Shown: piece after piece, positions 38,801 through 52,821 of the stretch | How positions within the stretch are numbered: position 1 is the first letter of the stretch | Layout of the letters: every line of letters starts with the position of its first letter | Assembly (NCBI GenBank): GCA_951406725.2 | Contig: OX597838.1 | Location: 25,482,001-25,546,000, forward strand | Reading direction: 5' to 3' | Source of the DNA: Octopus vulgaris | Taxonomy: Eukaryota | Length of the DNA stretch: 64,000 nt | Program-made: the position numbers and the translations under genes | The notes under the pieces: model-generated | Seen by the model: the letters and a program-made list of their open reading frames with translations, nothing else | Databases searched by the model: none | What the model was told of the DNA's origin: nothing

Positions 38801-41800
38801 CATTTGTTGCTAGCTATGCTCTGCTGTTGTGACTTCTCCTCCTAATGTCACCCACCTTCACACCTCAGTTATCACTCACAGTTTCTTGCCATCCACTCAC
38901 ACTCTACTTTTCTCACCTATCGATACCCCTCTGCTCTCACCCCCTGATACTCCACTGTTGTCATCAACCCAACCTCCAGCGTCACTATTCACAACCACCA
39001 GTTCGTATTCACTCATCTACTGCCACATGGATGCTCACTGTTGACGTTATTACCCCATTATACAAATTCTGAAACCCTAATCGTAACTCACTCTTCACAC
39101 TAACTCATGAGATGAGTGTGTGTGTGTAATACACACATACACATACACTTTTTATTCTTTTAAAGGTTTCAGTCACTGAACTGTGACCATCCATGGTCAC
39201 TTACTTCCATCGAGGTTTAGTTGATTATATCAGCCTCAGATTTATTTTAGCCTGGTGGTGATGATGTGTTGATGATGATGATGTGTTGGTGGTGATGATC
39301 GTTGAGGTGATAGTGAGGGTGGTAGTTGTTGTGGTGACAGTGATGGTGAACTGTCCTGTCATAGACTACAAATGAGGGTTCTGCAATTTCTTTTCTAACC
39401 AACCTGCACAAATGATTTGCTTATGATGATCAAATGTTTGCGCTGTACATTAGCTCAGCCCCCTTCATCAAATCGACATTGCTTATAAATGGTGCACAGG
39501 GTACCACATGTCAGCTGTCAAAATGATTGAAGAGCAAAGTGAAATAAAGTGTTTTTGCTCATGAACACAATGCACCACTAAGACCAGGAATCGAAACCAC
39601 AATCTTGATGTCATCATCATTGTCATCATACATCTGTTTTCCATGCTGGAATGGATTGGACAGTTTGATAGGAGCTGCTAGGGCTAGGAGCCACACCTGG
39701 TTCCATTGTCTGCTTTGGTATGCTTTCTTCAGCTGGATACCCTTCCTAACACTAACCACTATACAGAATGTGCTGGGTGCTTTTCACATGACACCAGCAC
39801 TAGTTGATAACTTGCTTAGTTACAGGATACAAAGAGTTAGAACGTATAACACAATGCTCTTTTTTTTCTTAAAGATAGGTGAAGGCATAAACACAAACAG
39901 GGACACACATTCAAAATACAACTACCAGCTTTCCCATAGATTCTTCTCTATGAAATTCCATTCACAAAATATTGATGAATCTGAGGGTTTTGTAGAAGAT
40001 ATGTACCAAGTGTAGGGCAGCGAACTGGCAGAAATGTTAGTACACTGGGCGAAATGCTTAGTAGTATTTCTTCTGCCTCATTCTGAGTTCGAATTCCACC
40101 GAGGTCAACTTTGCCTTTCATCCTTTCAGGGTCGATTAAATAAGTATAAGTTACACGCTTGGGTTGATGCAATCAACTTAATCTCTTTGTCTGTCCTTGT
40201 TTCTCCTCTCTATGTTTAGCCCCCTGTGGACAATAAAGAAATAAATATGTACCAAGGGTGCTCTGAAGAAGGACTGAAGCCCATTCTTGCCAAATGGACA
40301 TCTTAACTGTACAAGCATGTCTGCATTTAATGTGTGTGTGGGTGTATGTTTTATCTTTTACTTGTTTCAGTCATTAGACTGTGGCCATGCTGGGGCATTG
40401 CTTTGAAGAATTGTAGCCAAATGAATCAATCCTAGCTATTTTATTTATTTATTTTTTTTTATTTTTTAATCTTGTACTTATCTTATCTGCTGTCTCTTTT
40501 TCCAAACTGCTTAGTTATGGGACATAAACCCACCGACATCAGTTAAGTGGGGGAGGGGACAGACACAAAGATACACATACACCCATACATTTTTATATGA
40601 CTGGCTTCTTTCAATTTCCATGTAGCAAATCCACTCAGAAGGATTTGGTTGGCTTGAGACCATAGTAGAAGACACTTGCCCAAGGTGCCACACATTGGAA
40701 TTGAACCTGATGTGCATGTGCACATAGGTATGGTTGTGTAGTTAATAAGTTCAATTCTCAACCATGTGGCCTCAGCTCCACTGCATAGAGCTTTAGGCAA
40801 GTGATTTCTACAACAGCCCAGGGTAAAGCAAAGAACTGTATGTATTCATATATGCATATGTGTGCATTCAGGCATATATGTGTTTGTGTTGCTTGTCTTG
40901 ATGTCATGTGATGAGTACAAACAAAGCGTCACCCTTATGTAAACATTGTCCCCTGTTTTCAAACTTCCTTAACATAGTTCTCAGGGAGATTTAGCTCAAC
41001 ACAGAACATAACAAGGTTGGACCTTTGAATTACAGATACAACTCATTTTTTGCCATCTGATTGGACTGGTGCAATCATGTCCAGCCATGCGGAAAAAATT
41101 ACTTTGCTTGGAAGCAGGTGATGGTTTCGAGTGTTTATTGAGCGAAAACACCTAAAATTCCACGAGGCTCCGGCAGGGGGTGATGGCGATCTCTGCTGTA
41201 CTCTTTTTCCACAACTTTCTCTCACTCTTTCTTCTGTTGGTCTGCTCGCTTAGCCAGCGAGGTGGCATCACTTGATGGCTAAAACAATGCAAAGCGCATT
41301 GTGACCAGTGATGTGTAGCAACATCTGATATCCTGGTCAGTCATGTGATCACGTGATATATATATATAAAACCCTACCAAAACAGACAGTGAAGCGTGGT
41401 GCAGTCTTCTGGCTTGCCAGCTCCTGTCAAACTGTCCAACCCATGCTAGCATGGAAAATGGACATTAAATGATGATGATGATGATTTATACACACATATG
41501 CATATGTAGTTCGTTAGTTATATTTTATCCTACCCTAGTACATCTGTGTTCAATGTGTTTTCTCCTCCCCTCCCCTCTCTCTCTTTCACACGCACACACT
41601 CCCACACACTTCTGCAACTATACAATACCACATGGCAACAGACATTATTGACCTGTTGACCCCTCAGTGGTGTGGATGACCCAGACCGAGGTCATTAGCA
41701 AATGTGCCAATGTTTTAACTCCATCAGGGATGAGGATGAAACAACTAATACCAACCGATACTAACGCAGAATCTCTCTGTGCTGCTCAGCTCGACATGCT

Positions 41801-42715
41801 AAAAATAACTGCCGAATCACCCTCAAATGTACTGTTAACATGATAGAAAGAAAGAAGAAAAAGGAAGGACATTGTTGGATTATGTAGTCTTCATACACTG
41901 TCTGAAGATGGAAATTAGAGTCAGTTGTGGGAGTCAAGGCTGGAATGCTGTTGATCATGAATAAGCCTTTCTGATCAGCATTGAGTTCAGATTAAACTAC
42001 TACTACTAAATGAGAGTGGTTTCTACTGAGTCACTCAACCTGGCAGAAATGGTAGCCAAATCTCCCTCATATTACGTTCCACTGACTTTGAAAAGTAAGG
42101 GCTTATTACATGATGTTAGTATTTTACTACTACTACTACTACTACTACTACTGCTACTGCTATACTGCCACTACTACTACTACTACTACCTCAGTGCATT
42201 CTTTTACCAGGGTCTCTGGAAGAAATTTGACAAAAATGGAACAATACTACTATTAGGGGTCAAAGGGTCCTCTCAAAATTAAAGAATCATACCTGTTTTT
42301 TTACTTTCTCTTTTTTCATTTTATTTTATGGAGTGGGGTGGGGTCTACCAAATTATCACAGCACCCGCTGGTTTCTCTAGCCTTTTGGGATCCAGACTGA
42401 ATCAGCTGAACCGATGCCCCTCCCTTTGTGGAGGCATGTAGCTAAGTGGTTAGGGCTGGACTTGTGAGTATAAGATTGTGGTTTCTATTCCTGGACTGGG
42501 CAATGTGTTGTGTTTTTGAGCAAAACACTTCAGTTCACGTTTCACCAATCCATTCAGCTGGCAAAAATGAGTACTCCTGTGATGGACCGGTGTCCCGTCC
42601 AGGTGGGGAATATACACGCCATGGAAACCGGGAAACTGGCCCTCATGAGTCAGTATGACTCGAGAATGTGACTTTGCCTTTACTTATCCCACTCCCTTTT
42701 CTTTTTCTTTTTTGT

Positions 42716-43075
42716 ATTCTTTTTATTTGTTTCAGTCATTTGACTGCGGCCATGCTGGAACACCGCCTTTAGTCAAACAAATCGACCCCAGGACTTATTC
42801 TTTATAAGCCTACTACTTATTCTGTCGGTTTCTTTTGCTGAACTGCTATGTTACGGGGACATAGACATGCCACCATCGGTTATCAAGTAATGGTGGGAGA
42901 GAAACACACACACACAATGGGCTTCGTTTCAGTTTCTGTCTACCAAATCCATGACGCTTTGGTTGGCCCGAGGCTATAGTAGAAGACACTTGCCCAAAGT
43001 ACCACGCAGTGGGACTGAACCCAGAACCATGTGGCTGGTAAGCAAGCCACTTACCACACAGCTACTCCTGTGCCT
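42716..43075 (-). mobile_element. Full-length SINE family A
   Basis: Reverse-complement family A; an oppositely oriented head follows at 43207-43370. Confidence 0.88.
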
Positions 43076-43667
43076 ATGCATAAAGCCTTTGTTTACATAA
43101 AAGTTTAAAATACGCTCCACCCCACCACCATCAATAACATAATCAGAATGTTATTTTATTCAAACAAAAGCTAATTGTGTGTGGTGGTCATTATCCATGC
43201 TTTTGTACAGGTGTGGCTGTGTGGTAAAAAGTTTGCTTCCTCTCCATGTGGTTTCATGTTCAGTCCCACTCCACGACATCTTTGGCAAGTCTCTCCTACT
43301 ATAGCACCAGGCCAACAAAAGCCTTTTTAGTAGATTTGGTAGATAGAAGCTGAAAGGAATCTGCTGTGTGTGTGTCTGTTAATTCTGTCCAGGTTGTAGT
43401 CTGCTTTACAAAGCTTGTCCACGTGTATCGGCTAACGAATGCTATATCATACAATGAGCTCAATTGTATCACTGGATATACATCTGCAATTTTGTGAGGA
43501 AATGTAATTCACTGGTGTTTGCTGAGATCATAATAATAATTGACATGGTGTGTTAATTTATTTTTTCTATAATGCTTCAGCAATGTTTCTCTTGGCGAAT
43601 CAATATTGAAACAATTGTGGTGTTACGTAATAAAGTGTGTTGCTCAACCCAGTTTCTAATGTTCATA

Positions 43668-43716
<49 letters not shown>

Positions 43717-44239
43717 CATATATATAATAAATAATATGTATGTATATACATGCATAAATGGGTACAGGATGTCACCAATGGTGCAATAACATATATATAC
43801 ATACATACATACATTTACATGCATGTATGTTAGTTAACAATTCATCACGTATAGCTCTATCTACTTTGTGAAAATTGTTAGTCTTTTCCAAAAATGTCAA
43901 CTTAATAAATTAGTTTTTAAATAAATAGCCAATTTATTTTTATTGGTGTGGATTTGAACCAAAATATCGGAGAAGCTGTTAGTCTATATCAACAAGTATG
44001 ACGATTCCTTAGTGTATGTATATATACACTGTGCTGGTGCCATGTAAAAAGCACCCAGCACACTCTGTAAAGTGGTTGGCATTTGGAAGGATATCCAGTC
44101 ATAGAACCATGCCAAATCAGACTGGAATGCGTTTAGCTTGCCACCTTAATAATAATGATGATGGTGATGATGACGATGGTCCCAGGACACTGGGTGTATC
44201 TCACCAAGTGACTGTAACAAAGATGCAGATTGAAAGTAA

Positions 44240-44271
<32 letters not shown>

Positions 44272-44274
44272 TAG

Positions 44275-44892
44275 TGGGAGCTATGTAGAAAGCTGGGATT
44301 TGAACATACTGGTAAATGGTATGAACATGAACCTAGTAAAGTACTAGAAAGTAAGAAATATAAGATGTGGGTCTTTAACATTCAGACTGACAGAGTAATA
44401 GAAGCTAGAAGGCCTGATTTGGTGGTGGTGGTGGTGGTAGTAGTAGTAGATAAAGAAAATAGAAAGTGCCAGATAATTGATTTTACAATCCCAAATGATG
44501 AAAAAATTAATATTTGAAGTATAGATAGGTACCAGGACCAAGCTATTGATTTAGAGAGACTATGGAAAGTGCGGGTAAAATGTATCCCTGTAGTTATAGG
44601 TGCATTGGAGACTATCCCTAAAGATCTGAACAGATGGGTAGAGGATATAGGTATGAAACCCAGTTTAGTACAGCTGCAGAAAACAGTGTTGTTAGGAATA
44701 GCTAGGATACTTAGGAGAGTTTTTGGCATTTGAGGTTAATTGCTGTAACCCAATAGGAGAGTTCTTGGCATCTAGGCATCTAAGGTTATTTGCTGTAACC
44801 TAATAGGAAGGTTCTTGGCATCTAAGGCTACTTGTTGTAGCCCAATGTTAGGATTCTTTTCTTTTCCAAGTGTTTAGCCTGTTGAATGTATA

Positions 44893-44927
<35 letters not shown>
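44275..44927 (+). mobile_element. 5'-truncated R4/Dong-like non-LTR retrotransposon: RLE endonuclease C-terminus, 3'UTR and (TAA)n tail
   Basis: Frame from 44275: WELCRKLGFEHTGKWYEHEPSKVLESKKYKMWVFNIQTDRVIEARRPDL(V9)DKENRKCQIIDFTIPND...*...RYQDQAIDLERLWKV...IPVVIGALETIPK...LQKTVLLGIARILRRVFGI* (stop 44731-33). RPD...D and KY-like motifs of restriction-like endonucleases; (TAA)n on both flanks. Confidence 0.85.
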
Positions 44928-44929
<2 letters not shown>

Positions 44930-45145
44930 TCTTTTCTATATTAGGCACAAGGCCTGAATTTGGGCGAGGGGGATAATCGATTACATCGCCCCCAATACTT
45001 GATTGGTACTTAATTTATTGACCCAGAAAGGATGAAAGGTAAAGTCGATCTCAGCGGAATTTGAACTCAAAACATAAAACCAATGAAATACAGCTAAGCA
45101 TTTCTCCCGACATGCTAACAATTCTGCCAGCTCACCACTTTAATG

Positions 45146-45191
<46 letters not shown>

Positions 45192-46100
45192 TAATGATTT
45201 CAATCTTTGGCACAAGGCCAGCAAATTTGATAGGAGGAGGCAAGTTTGTTTAATTGACTCAAGTGTTCAACTGATTGTTTGTTTATTGACCCTGAAAGGA
45301 TGAAAATATAAAGTTGACCTCAGCAGAATTTGAAACTCAAAACATAAAGACCACAAAGCATTTTGTCTGATGTGCTAATGATTCTGCCAATGTGTATGTG
45401 TTCATGTGTGTATGTGTTTGTGTCCTCTTGTCATAATATCTTTAAATAATGATAATAATAATAATGGTTTCAAATTTTGGCACAAAGCCAGAAAGTTCAG
45501 GGGTAGAGGTAAGACAATTACATTGACCCTAGTGCTCCACTGGTACTTAATTTATTAACCCTAAAGGGATGAAAGGTTAAGCTGATCTCAGCAGAATTTG
45601 AACTCAGAAAAGGTGGCGAGCTGGCAGAAACGTTAGCACACCGGGCGAAATGCTTAGCGGTATTTCATCTGCCGTTACGTTCTGAGTTCAAATTCTGCTG
45701 AGGTCGACTTTGCCTTTCATCCTTTCGGGGTCGATAAATTAAATACCAGTTACGCACTGGGGTCGATATAATCGACTTAATCTGTTTGTCCTCTCTGTGG
45801 GTAGTAAAGAAATAAGAATTTGAACTCAGAACAGCCCACTGCCTTAATGATGATGATGATGGTTTCAAATTTTGGCACAAGACCAGACAGTTTGAGAGTA
45901 GGGCAAGTCAATTGCATCAACTCCAGGGCTCCACTGGGACTTTTTTTTTCGCCCCCCCCTCCCCCACAAGGGGATGAAAGGTTAAATCGACCTTGGCCGA
46001 ATTTGAACTCAGAACATGAATACAGACGAAATGCTGCTAAGCATTTTATCTGGGGTGGTAACTGTTGTACCAGAAGAAATTCTGCCAGCCCATTGCCTCA
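44927..46100. mobile_element. Cluster of five SINE family B copies (four minus, one plus at 45611-45815) just upstream of the first syntaxin exon
   Basis: Family B cores near 45020, 45290, 45560, 45715 (+) and 45975, separated by (TAA)/(TGA) tracts. Confidence 0.85.
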
Positions 46101-46154
46101 ATAATAATGATGATGATGATAATAATGTGTTGTTTTCTCTTTGCTTATTTTCAG

Positions 46155-46229
46155 AAATGAAAGAAGAGCTGGAAGAATTGATGACGGACATCAAGAGGAC
46201 AGCTAACAAAGTTCGAGGAAAATTAAAGG
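46155..46229 (+). CDS. STX1A: Syntaxin-1 internal coding exon (Habc domain, helix Hb; equivalent to vertebrate STX1A exon 4), 75 nt, phase 1-1
   Basis: Acceptor ttttctctttgcttattttcAG|AA, reading (x)AA ATG AAA GAA GAG CTG... = [24 protein letters not shown], then donor G|GTCAGT. Closely matches syntaxin-1 [25 protein letters not shown] and the squid syntaxin sequence as I recall it. Confidence 0.97.
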
Positions 46230-47162
46230 GTCAGTTGAATGTATTTGATATGTTTTTAGAACTGTGTTGTTAATGGTGGTGGTGGTGGTGGTGGTGGTGG
46301 TGGTGGTGGTGGTGTCTGGTCAGTGGACTGGGCTTATTTCACTGGTGATGGTCATGGTGCCAAGTGATGATATCACTGAACTGATTGCAGGTAACAATAC
46401 TCCAACACTCTTGCCACAACTGCAAACACTGCCATGACCATCACCACCAACTCTGCTGTAATCTTCAATACTACATCATTTCCATCACCACCACCACCAA
46501 TACTATAACCATCTCATGTATCAACAGCACCACCAGTACAACAACAGTATGCATCATCACTACTACCATACATCTCCACCACCATCAAATGACCAAAGAG
46601 TAACAGTCTTCAAATATTGCTCTCACTACCAAAACCACCACCCACCACCATCACAACTAACACCCCCATTACTACCATCATCACCGCCACCACCACCACC
46701 ACCATCATTACCATCACTGCCATCATTATAACCACTACCACCACCACAGTCTCCACCATTATCTCCATCACCAATATCACCACCACCACCCCTGTCTCCC
46801 TTACCATACCCTCTCAACATCAACAACATCAATCACTATCCCTGTTAACAGAGTACACTGTTAATACTAATTACACTAATTATATTAATTTCTTTCTAAT
46901 TGTTCACTCCTTTCCCCCTCATTGTTGACACATAACCAGTCATGCCATGCCCACCTCCACTAACACACACACACAAGCTTGCATATATACATGTGTATAA
47001 AACAGTTACTTGTATGCCCCCACTCCCACACCTGTGTATTCAGAGATGTCTGTGCATACACAAGTACACATATATATATGCCGATATACATCCCATGGGT
47101 ATGTATGCACAAACAAGTATACAAATACATGGATATACACTGACATACATTCAATGGATACA

Positions 47163-47383
47163 TATGAAGGGGTGCTGAAAAGTTCCTGGCTTTAAGCTTA
47201 TCGTGAAAGGCCTGGTTGTAGGTCCAACCTTCTGAGTTCTGTTACAGGGTTTAGAAAAACTGAAGGACCACTGTAATAAGTGTGTGACTCTGAGAGGGGA
47301 ATATTTTGAATAAAATCATAATTAATTGATCCTCTAGTATTTTTTTTATATCTAAAGCTAGAAATTTTTCAGCACACCCTCAT
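47163..47383 (+). mobile_element. Mariner-derived non-autonomous element
   Basis: tatgaaggggtgctgaaaagttcctggcttt ... aaagctagaaatttttcagcacaccctcat; same family as 29512-29730. Confidence 0.75.
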
Positions 47384-47700
47384 TTATGTCACTGAAAAGC
47401 TTTGACATCAATCCTGACACCTGGGAAATACAAGCACAACACTCCCCTGCCTGGCAAAGATGCATCAGCAGTAGTGCCACTTCCTACAAGCGAAATAGGA
47501 TTTCAGGGGCACAGATAGAACATGAACTATGCATGTCCAGAGCCAACTCCTTGGCTTCAGTCCCATCAGATCACCAGTGCCTAATATGTGGCAGAACCCT
47601 CCAAGCACACCTTGGACTAAATGGTCACAGATGGACACACCATACCCCATCTGCTTCTCCCATGTGATGGCCTTGTTCATTGTTGATGATGGACAAACTA
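47384..47700 (+). mobile_element. RTE-clade LINE 3' fragment with C2H2 finger
   Basis: SLKSFDINPDTWEIQAQHSPAWQRCI...HQCLICGRTLQAHLGLNGHRWTH resembles the RTE C-terminus (WE..A.DR..WR...C..CGR.F.A..GL..H...H). Confidence 0.8.
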
Positions 47701-47829
47701 ATATCTATGTGCACAGATATCAACATATGTATGCATCTGTATACACATTCACATCTGCACATCAATGCATGCATGTGCACATAACCAGACTTTCACACAT
47801 TCCATCCCAGTCCAGAAGCCTTTTCCAAC

Positions 47830-48239
47830 ATGTACAGGTTTTGTCTTCGTGTAAAAGATGGGCTGCAGTAAATATTCTGCTCAATACCACAGATTTGCTT
47901 GTCAGTTGCTTGACCGTAACCAGTTGAGCATGTCCCTTAGTGGCTGACAATATGTGCATTTCTGATCATGAGCAGAGGTGGTGGGGAAGCATTATAGCCA
48001 TGTGTTGGGAGGAATTCTTTGGGGCTGGTTAATGCACCCCTGGGAATGAAGGTGTTTCATTCATCATCCCTAAACAAGCCTAATTCAGGGACCTTTTGAA
48101 ATGAGGTCACCATATCATGCACATATGGTTGTGATGCATGTGCCTGGTGTACCCTTTTATTAGATGAGTAGTCATGATGGGTATATTGGGTTTTGTATAT
48201 TTCTACCCCAGTGTCACTTCAATAACATGTGCTGCTCTC

Positions 48240-48240
<1 letters not shown>
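47830..48240. mobile_element. Family E dispersed repeat (opposite orientation to 825-1500)
   Basis: cagttgagcatgtcccttagtggctga is the reverse complement of tcagccactaagggacatgctcaactg at ~1311-1340. Confidence 0.75.
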
Positions 48241-48269
<29 letters not shown>

Positions 48270-48276
<7 letters not shown>

Positions 48277-48625
48277 GAGCACAAACCTCCACCAAGGCAA
48301 CACTAATGTCCACTCAACGATTAGCCAGAGACGATTTTTAAAATGAGAATATTTGAAATAAACTCGACTGCTCTCACAAACAAGAATACTAAAAATGCAC
48401 CTGACCACTCTCAAAAATTAAGTAAAAAAACTGGAAAACTAATCCAGAATCCTTGTCTAGTATCAGATTGATCCCAAAATCTAATCAGTTCGTGCCAGTC
48501 ATGAGGCCAAACATCCTTCAAAGTTTCATCCGAATCCATCCAGTGGTTCTTGAAATATCTTGTCCACGGACAAACAAACAAACACAACTGTAAACAATAC
48601 CTCCACCTTCACTAAGACGGAGCTA
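48270..48625. mobile_element. Helentron-associated/DINE-1-like non-autonomous element
   Basis: aaagtttcatccgaatcc...gttcttgaaatatcttg, (CAAA)n microsatellite, terminal hairpin-like cctccaccttcactaagacggag, and a subterminal cctccaccaaggc copy near the other end. Confidence 0.55.
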
Positions 48626-48654
48626 ATAATGATAATAATAATTATTATTATTAT

Positions 48655-49290
48655 TTTTTTCTGTAGAGTGTGAAATTTTGGGGAGAGGGGAAAGTCGATC
48701 TTATCCACCCCAAAAGGATGAATAGCTAAGTTGACCTTGGCAGAACATAAAACTCAGAACATAAAACCAGAAGAAATACCACTGTGCATTTTGTCCAGCT
48801 TGCTAACAATTTGGCCTGCTTAGTGCCATTGCAGCAATGGTTTCAAATTCTGACAAAGGGCCGGTAGTTTTTGAGAGGAAGGGAAATTGGTTATATCAAC
48901 CCCAGCATTTGACTGATACTTATTTCATTAGTCTCGAAAGGACGAAGGGCAAAGGTGACCTTGGCAGAATTTGAACTCAGAATGTAGAGTTGGGTGAAAT
49001 GCTACTAAGCATTTTGTCTGCCAGTTTGCTACCTTGTCGATATGATAATGATGATGATCCTTTCCACTATAGGCACAAGGCCAGCAATTTTAGAGAAGTG
49101 GGTAAATCAATTACATTGACCCAGTGTTCAATTGGTATATGTTATATTGATCCTGAAACGATGAAAAGCAAAACTGACCTCAGCAGAATTTGAACTCAGA
49201 ATATCTCGCTAAGCATTTTTGCTCAGTGTGCTAACAATTCTGCCAGCTTGTCGCCTTAATAACGATAATAATAATAATAATAATAATTCC
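48655..49290 (-). mobile_element. Three tandem SINE family B copies
   Basis: Reverse cores aaaggatgaa...gaccttggcagaa at ~48715, ~48940 and ~49155. Confidence 0.8.
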
Positions 49291-49495
49291 TTCAATGCCA
49301 CCCTCACAGGATAATGGGTCGATGATGATGTAGGCTATTAATTGCCACTTTCACCCCCTTTTATTTACCACCTCCACTTTCTCCTCTATTGTTAAAATTA
49401 CAACAACAACAACAACATCTGCAACAACTAGAAGAGTAACACTAACTAAAGCACTCACAACAATAGCAATGATCAGAAGAGCAACCATCACCACC

Positions 49496-49529
<34 letters not shown>

Positions 49530-50211
49530 CCATCATACTACCACCACCACCTCAGCAACTAGAACTGTAACACTAACTAAAGCACTCACAACAATAGCAA
49601 TGATCAGAAGAGCAACCAATACTGCTGCCACCATCATCACCACCACCACCATACCATACCACCATCACCATCATCATCACCACCATACTATCACTGCCAC
49701 CACCATACTATCACCGCCGCCGCCACCACCACCACCACCACCACTTCAACAACATACATGGGAATAACAAAGAACACCCTGCCTGATAATTGGGTGTCAT
49801 TAATTAATTAAAACTAACCAATTACCATAAATAATTAGTGCAAAGTATGAAAGACCAACAGCCACTTTGCTGTTGTCATGGTTACCGACAAGCACCACTC
49901 CAACACTACACTGTCACTGCAACACTACTTCAAATATCATTGCTGCGCTAACACCTGCACCACTACAGCCACAACCACAACACCACCACCACTACCACCA
50001 TTTTGGCAGCTACACAACTACCAACATTGCAACACCACTCCATCATTTACGTTACTGGTGTGGCTATGTGGTAAGAAGCTTGCTTTCCAACCATTTGGTA
50101 CCAGGTTCAGTCCTACTGTGTAGCACTTTGGACAAGTGTGCTTCTACCATAGCCTCAGGCCAACCAAAGCCTTGTGAGTGGATTTGGTAAACAGAAACTG
50201 AAAGAAGCTTT

Positions 50212-50263
<52 letters not shown>

Positions 50264-50764
50264 CGTTTTGTTTGTTGTTGGTATTACTGCTTAACCTCAC
50301 CCCACCAGGTCTGTATTGATCAGTAAACTTATGATCAAAGGCATTCCAACCATGACCATCCTGCCTTAATTCCCTTGCCGCCACCACCGTATACACATGC
50401 ACACACACATACATACAAACTATGGTATAGTGAGCCTTTGGTTGTAAATAAATAGTTGAATGGCTATGGATGGTTTGGCAGCTGGCTGTTGTTATTGTTT
50501 AGCTCTGATCAATCAAGTGGACCCATGAACAAAGGCATTCCAGCCATGACCATCTCATTCCCTTAGCATGACTGCGTGGTTGAGAAGTTCACTTCACAAT
50601 CATATGGCTTTAGGATCAGTCCCACTGCATGGACAAGTAGCTTTAACAATAGCCCTTGTGAGTGGATTTAGTTGATGAAAACTGTGAGGAAGCCCATTAA
50701 GTGTATATATGTGCAAATGTGTGCATTTATACATGTATGTATATAAATACATGTATACACATAC

Positions 50765-51157
50765 TCTTTTACTTGTTTCAGTCATTTGACTGCGGCCATG
50801 CTGGAGCACCGCCTTTAGTCGAGCAATTTGATCCTGGGACTTATTCTTTGTAAGCCCAGTACTTATTCTATCGGTCTCTTTTGCCGAACTGCTAAGTGAC
50901 GGGGACGTAAACACACCAGCATCGGTTGTCAAGCAATACTAGGGGGACAAACACAGACACACAAACACACACACATATATATATACATATATACGACAGG
51001 CTTCTTTCAGTTTCCGTCTACCAAATCCACTCACAAGGCATTGGTCGGCCCGGGGCTATAGCAGAAGACACTTGCCCAAGATGCCACGCAGTGGGACTGA
51101 ACCCGGAACCATGTGGTTGGTTAGCAAGCTACTTACCACACAGCCACTCCTGCGCCT
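50765..51157 (-). mobile_element. Full-length young SINE family A
   Basis: Near-consensus reverse copy with CpGs intact. Confidence 0.92.
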
Positions 51158-51276
51158 ATATAAATATAACAAATATTGTGTGTAAATATGTATATATAAT
51201 CACAGTTTTAGCCTTCCTGGTGGGGAATTGAACCCTGGTCTCCCACAGGTGGGGATACTTATTATTATACTACCAA

Positions 51277-51580
51277 AGGCACATGGTTCAGTGGTTAAAG
51301 GTAGTGAGTTCAATTCTCAGATTGGGCTGTGTGTTGTGTTCTCAAGCTTGACACTTTATTTCACATTGCTCCAGTTCACTCAGCTGTAGAAATGTGTTGT
51401 GATGTCACTGGTGCCAAGCTGTATCGGCCCCTTTGCCTTTCCTTTGGACAACATCTGTGGTGTGAAGAGGGAAGGCTGGTATGCATGGATAACTGCTGGT
51501 CTTCCATAAACAACTTTGCCCAGACTTGTGCCTCAGAAGGGAACTTTGTAGATGCAATCCATGATCAAAGAGGGTCTTTA
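51277..51580 (+). mobile_element. SINE family C
   Basis: Matches 2120-2456. Confidence 0.85.
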
Positions 51581-51589
51581 CCCTTTATA

Positions 51590-51870
51590 ATCACAGTGCT
51601 AGTGTATTGAGAGAGAAGTTAAGCATAAGAAGAATTAGATGCAGTTTGCAAGAGAGAAGACTGCACTGGTTTGCTCATGTGATGTGGATGGATGCTGACA
51701 GCTCTATAATGAAGTGTCAATCTCTCAAAGTGGATGGAACTTGTGGGAGTGGGAAACCCAGGAAGACATGGGACCGAGTCCTGAATGACACCCTCAGGTT
51801 GCTGAACCTTTCAGATGAGATGACAAAGAACTGAGATATTTGGCACCTTGCTGTACAGCAGAAATATTAA
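51590..51870 (+). mobile_element. RTE-clade LINE 3' coding fragment
   Basis: REKLSIRRIRCSLQERRLHWFAHVMWMD...LKVDGTCGSGKPRKTWDRVLNDTL resembles RTE RRLRWFGHV.RM...G.R.RGRPRKTW; followed by a family D tail. Confidence 0.85.
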
Positions 51871-52399
51871 GGGCACTCCCTGTTGGTGAAGAGATTGGCC
51901 TGAAAAAGTCCTGTGGCAGTGCCATATAAAAAGCACTCTTGTTGGTACCATATAAAAACGTTTGTGCCATTGCTACGTTAAAATCACCCAGCACACCCAG
52001 TAAAGTGGTTGGCATTAGTAAGGGCATCCAGCCATAGAAACCAATCCAGATCAGACTGGAACCTGGTGCAGCTCTCCTGCTTGCTAGCTCTGATCAAACC
52101 ACCCAACCTATGCCAGCATGGAAAACGGACATTAAAGGAGGAGGTGGAAGAGGAGATACAAAGATACATATTTGGTAAGAAACTCTCAAGAGAGCTGTGT
52201 TTCGGCCCTTAATTTCTTACACTGTAAAGGTGCCGAGCTGCATCCAGTTCAGCAAAAGAGAGACACATAGAATAAGTACCAGACTTAAGAGAATATTGGA
52301 TCAATTTGATGTGCTAAACCTTTTAAGTTAGTGCTCCAATATGACTGCAGTCCAATCACCGAACAAGACAGATTTTATATATATATATATATATTGCTG

Positions 52400-52688
52400 C
52401 TGAGACGCCCTTCAGTCATGACTGAGTGTGGGATTGCACCTAGAAAGTTACCCTCCCAGGCACAAGTCCGGGCAAGATTGTTTATGAAAGACCAGCAGTC
52501 GCCCATGCATACCGGCCTCCCCTCTGCACACCACTGATGTTATCCAAGCGAAAGGCAAAGGGGCCGATACAGCTTGGCACCTGTGACGTCGCAGCTCATT
52601 TCTACAGCTGAGTGAACTGGAGCAATGTGAAATAAAGTGTCTTGCTCAAGAACACAACATGCAGCTCGGTCCAGGATTCAAACTCACA

Positions 52689-52690
<2 letters not shown>
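52400..52690 (-). mobile_element. SINE family C
   Basis: Reverse complement of 2120-2456. Confidence 0.88.
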
Positions 52691-52745
<55 letters not shown>

Positions 52746-52821
52746 TCAGTGGATCATATATCCTGTGGATCTATCCTGTGAAGGATAGAGCTGCAATGTA
52801 ATCACATGCAGTTAAATAAAC

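Noticed and set aside
37584-38845. 312-aa and overlapping Cys/Leu/Ser-repeat ORFs
   Set aside because: Read-through of (CA)n and the 20-bp minisatellite; open in several frames, with no domain or splice support.
46016-46273. 85-aa ORF as a stand-alone gene
   Set aside because: Only 46155-46229 is coding; the flanks are SINE and intron sequence.
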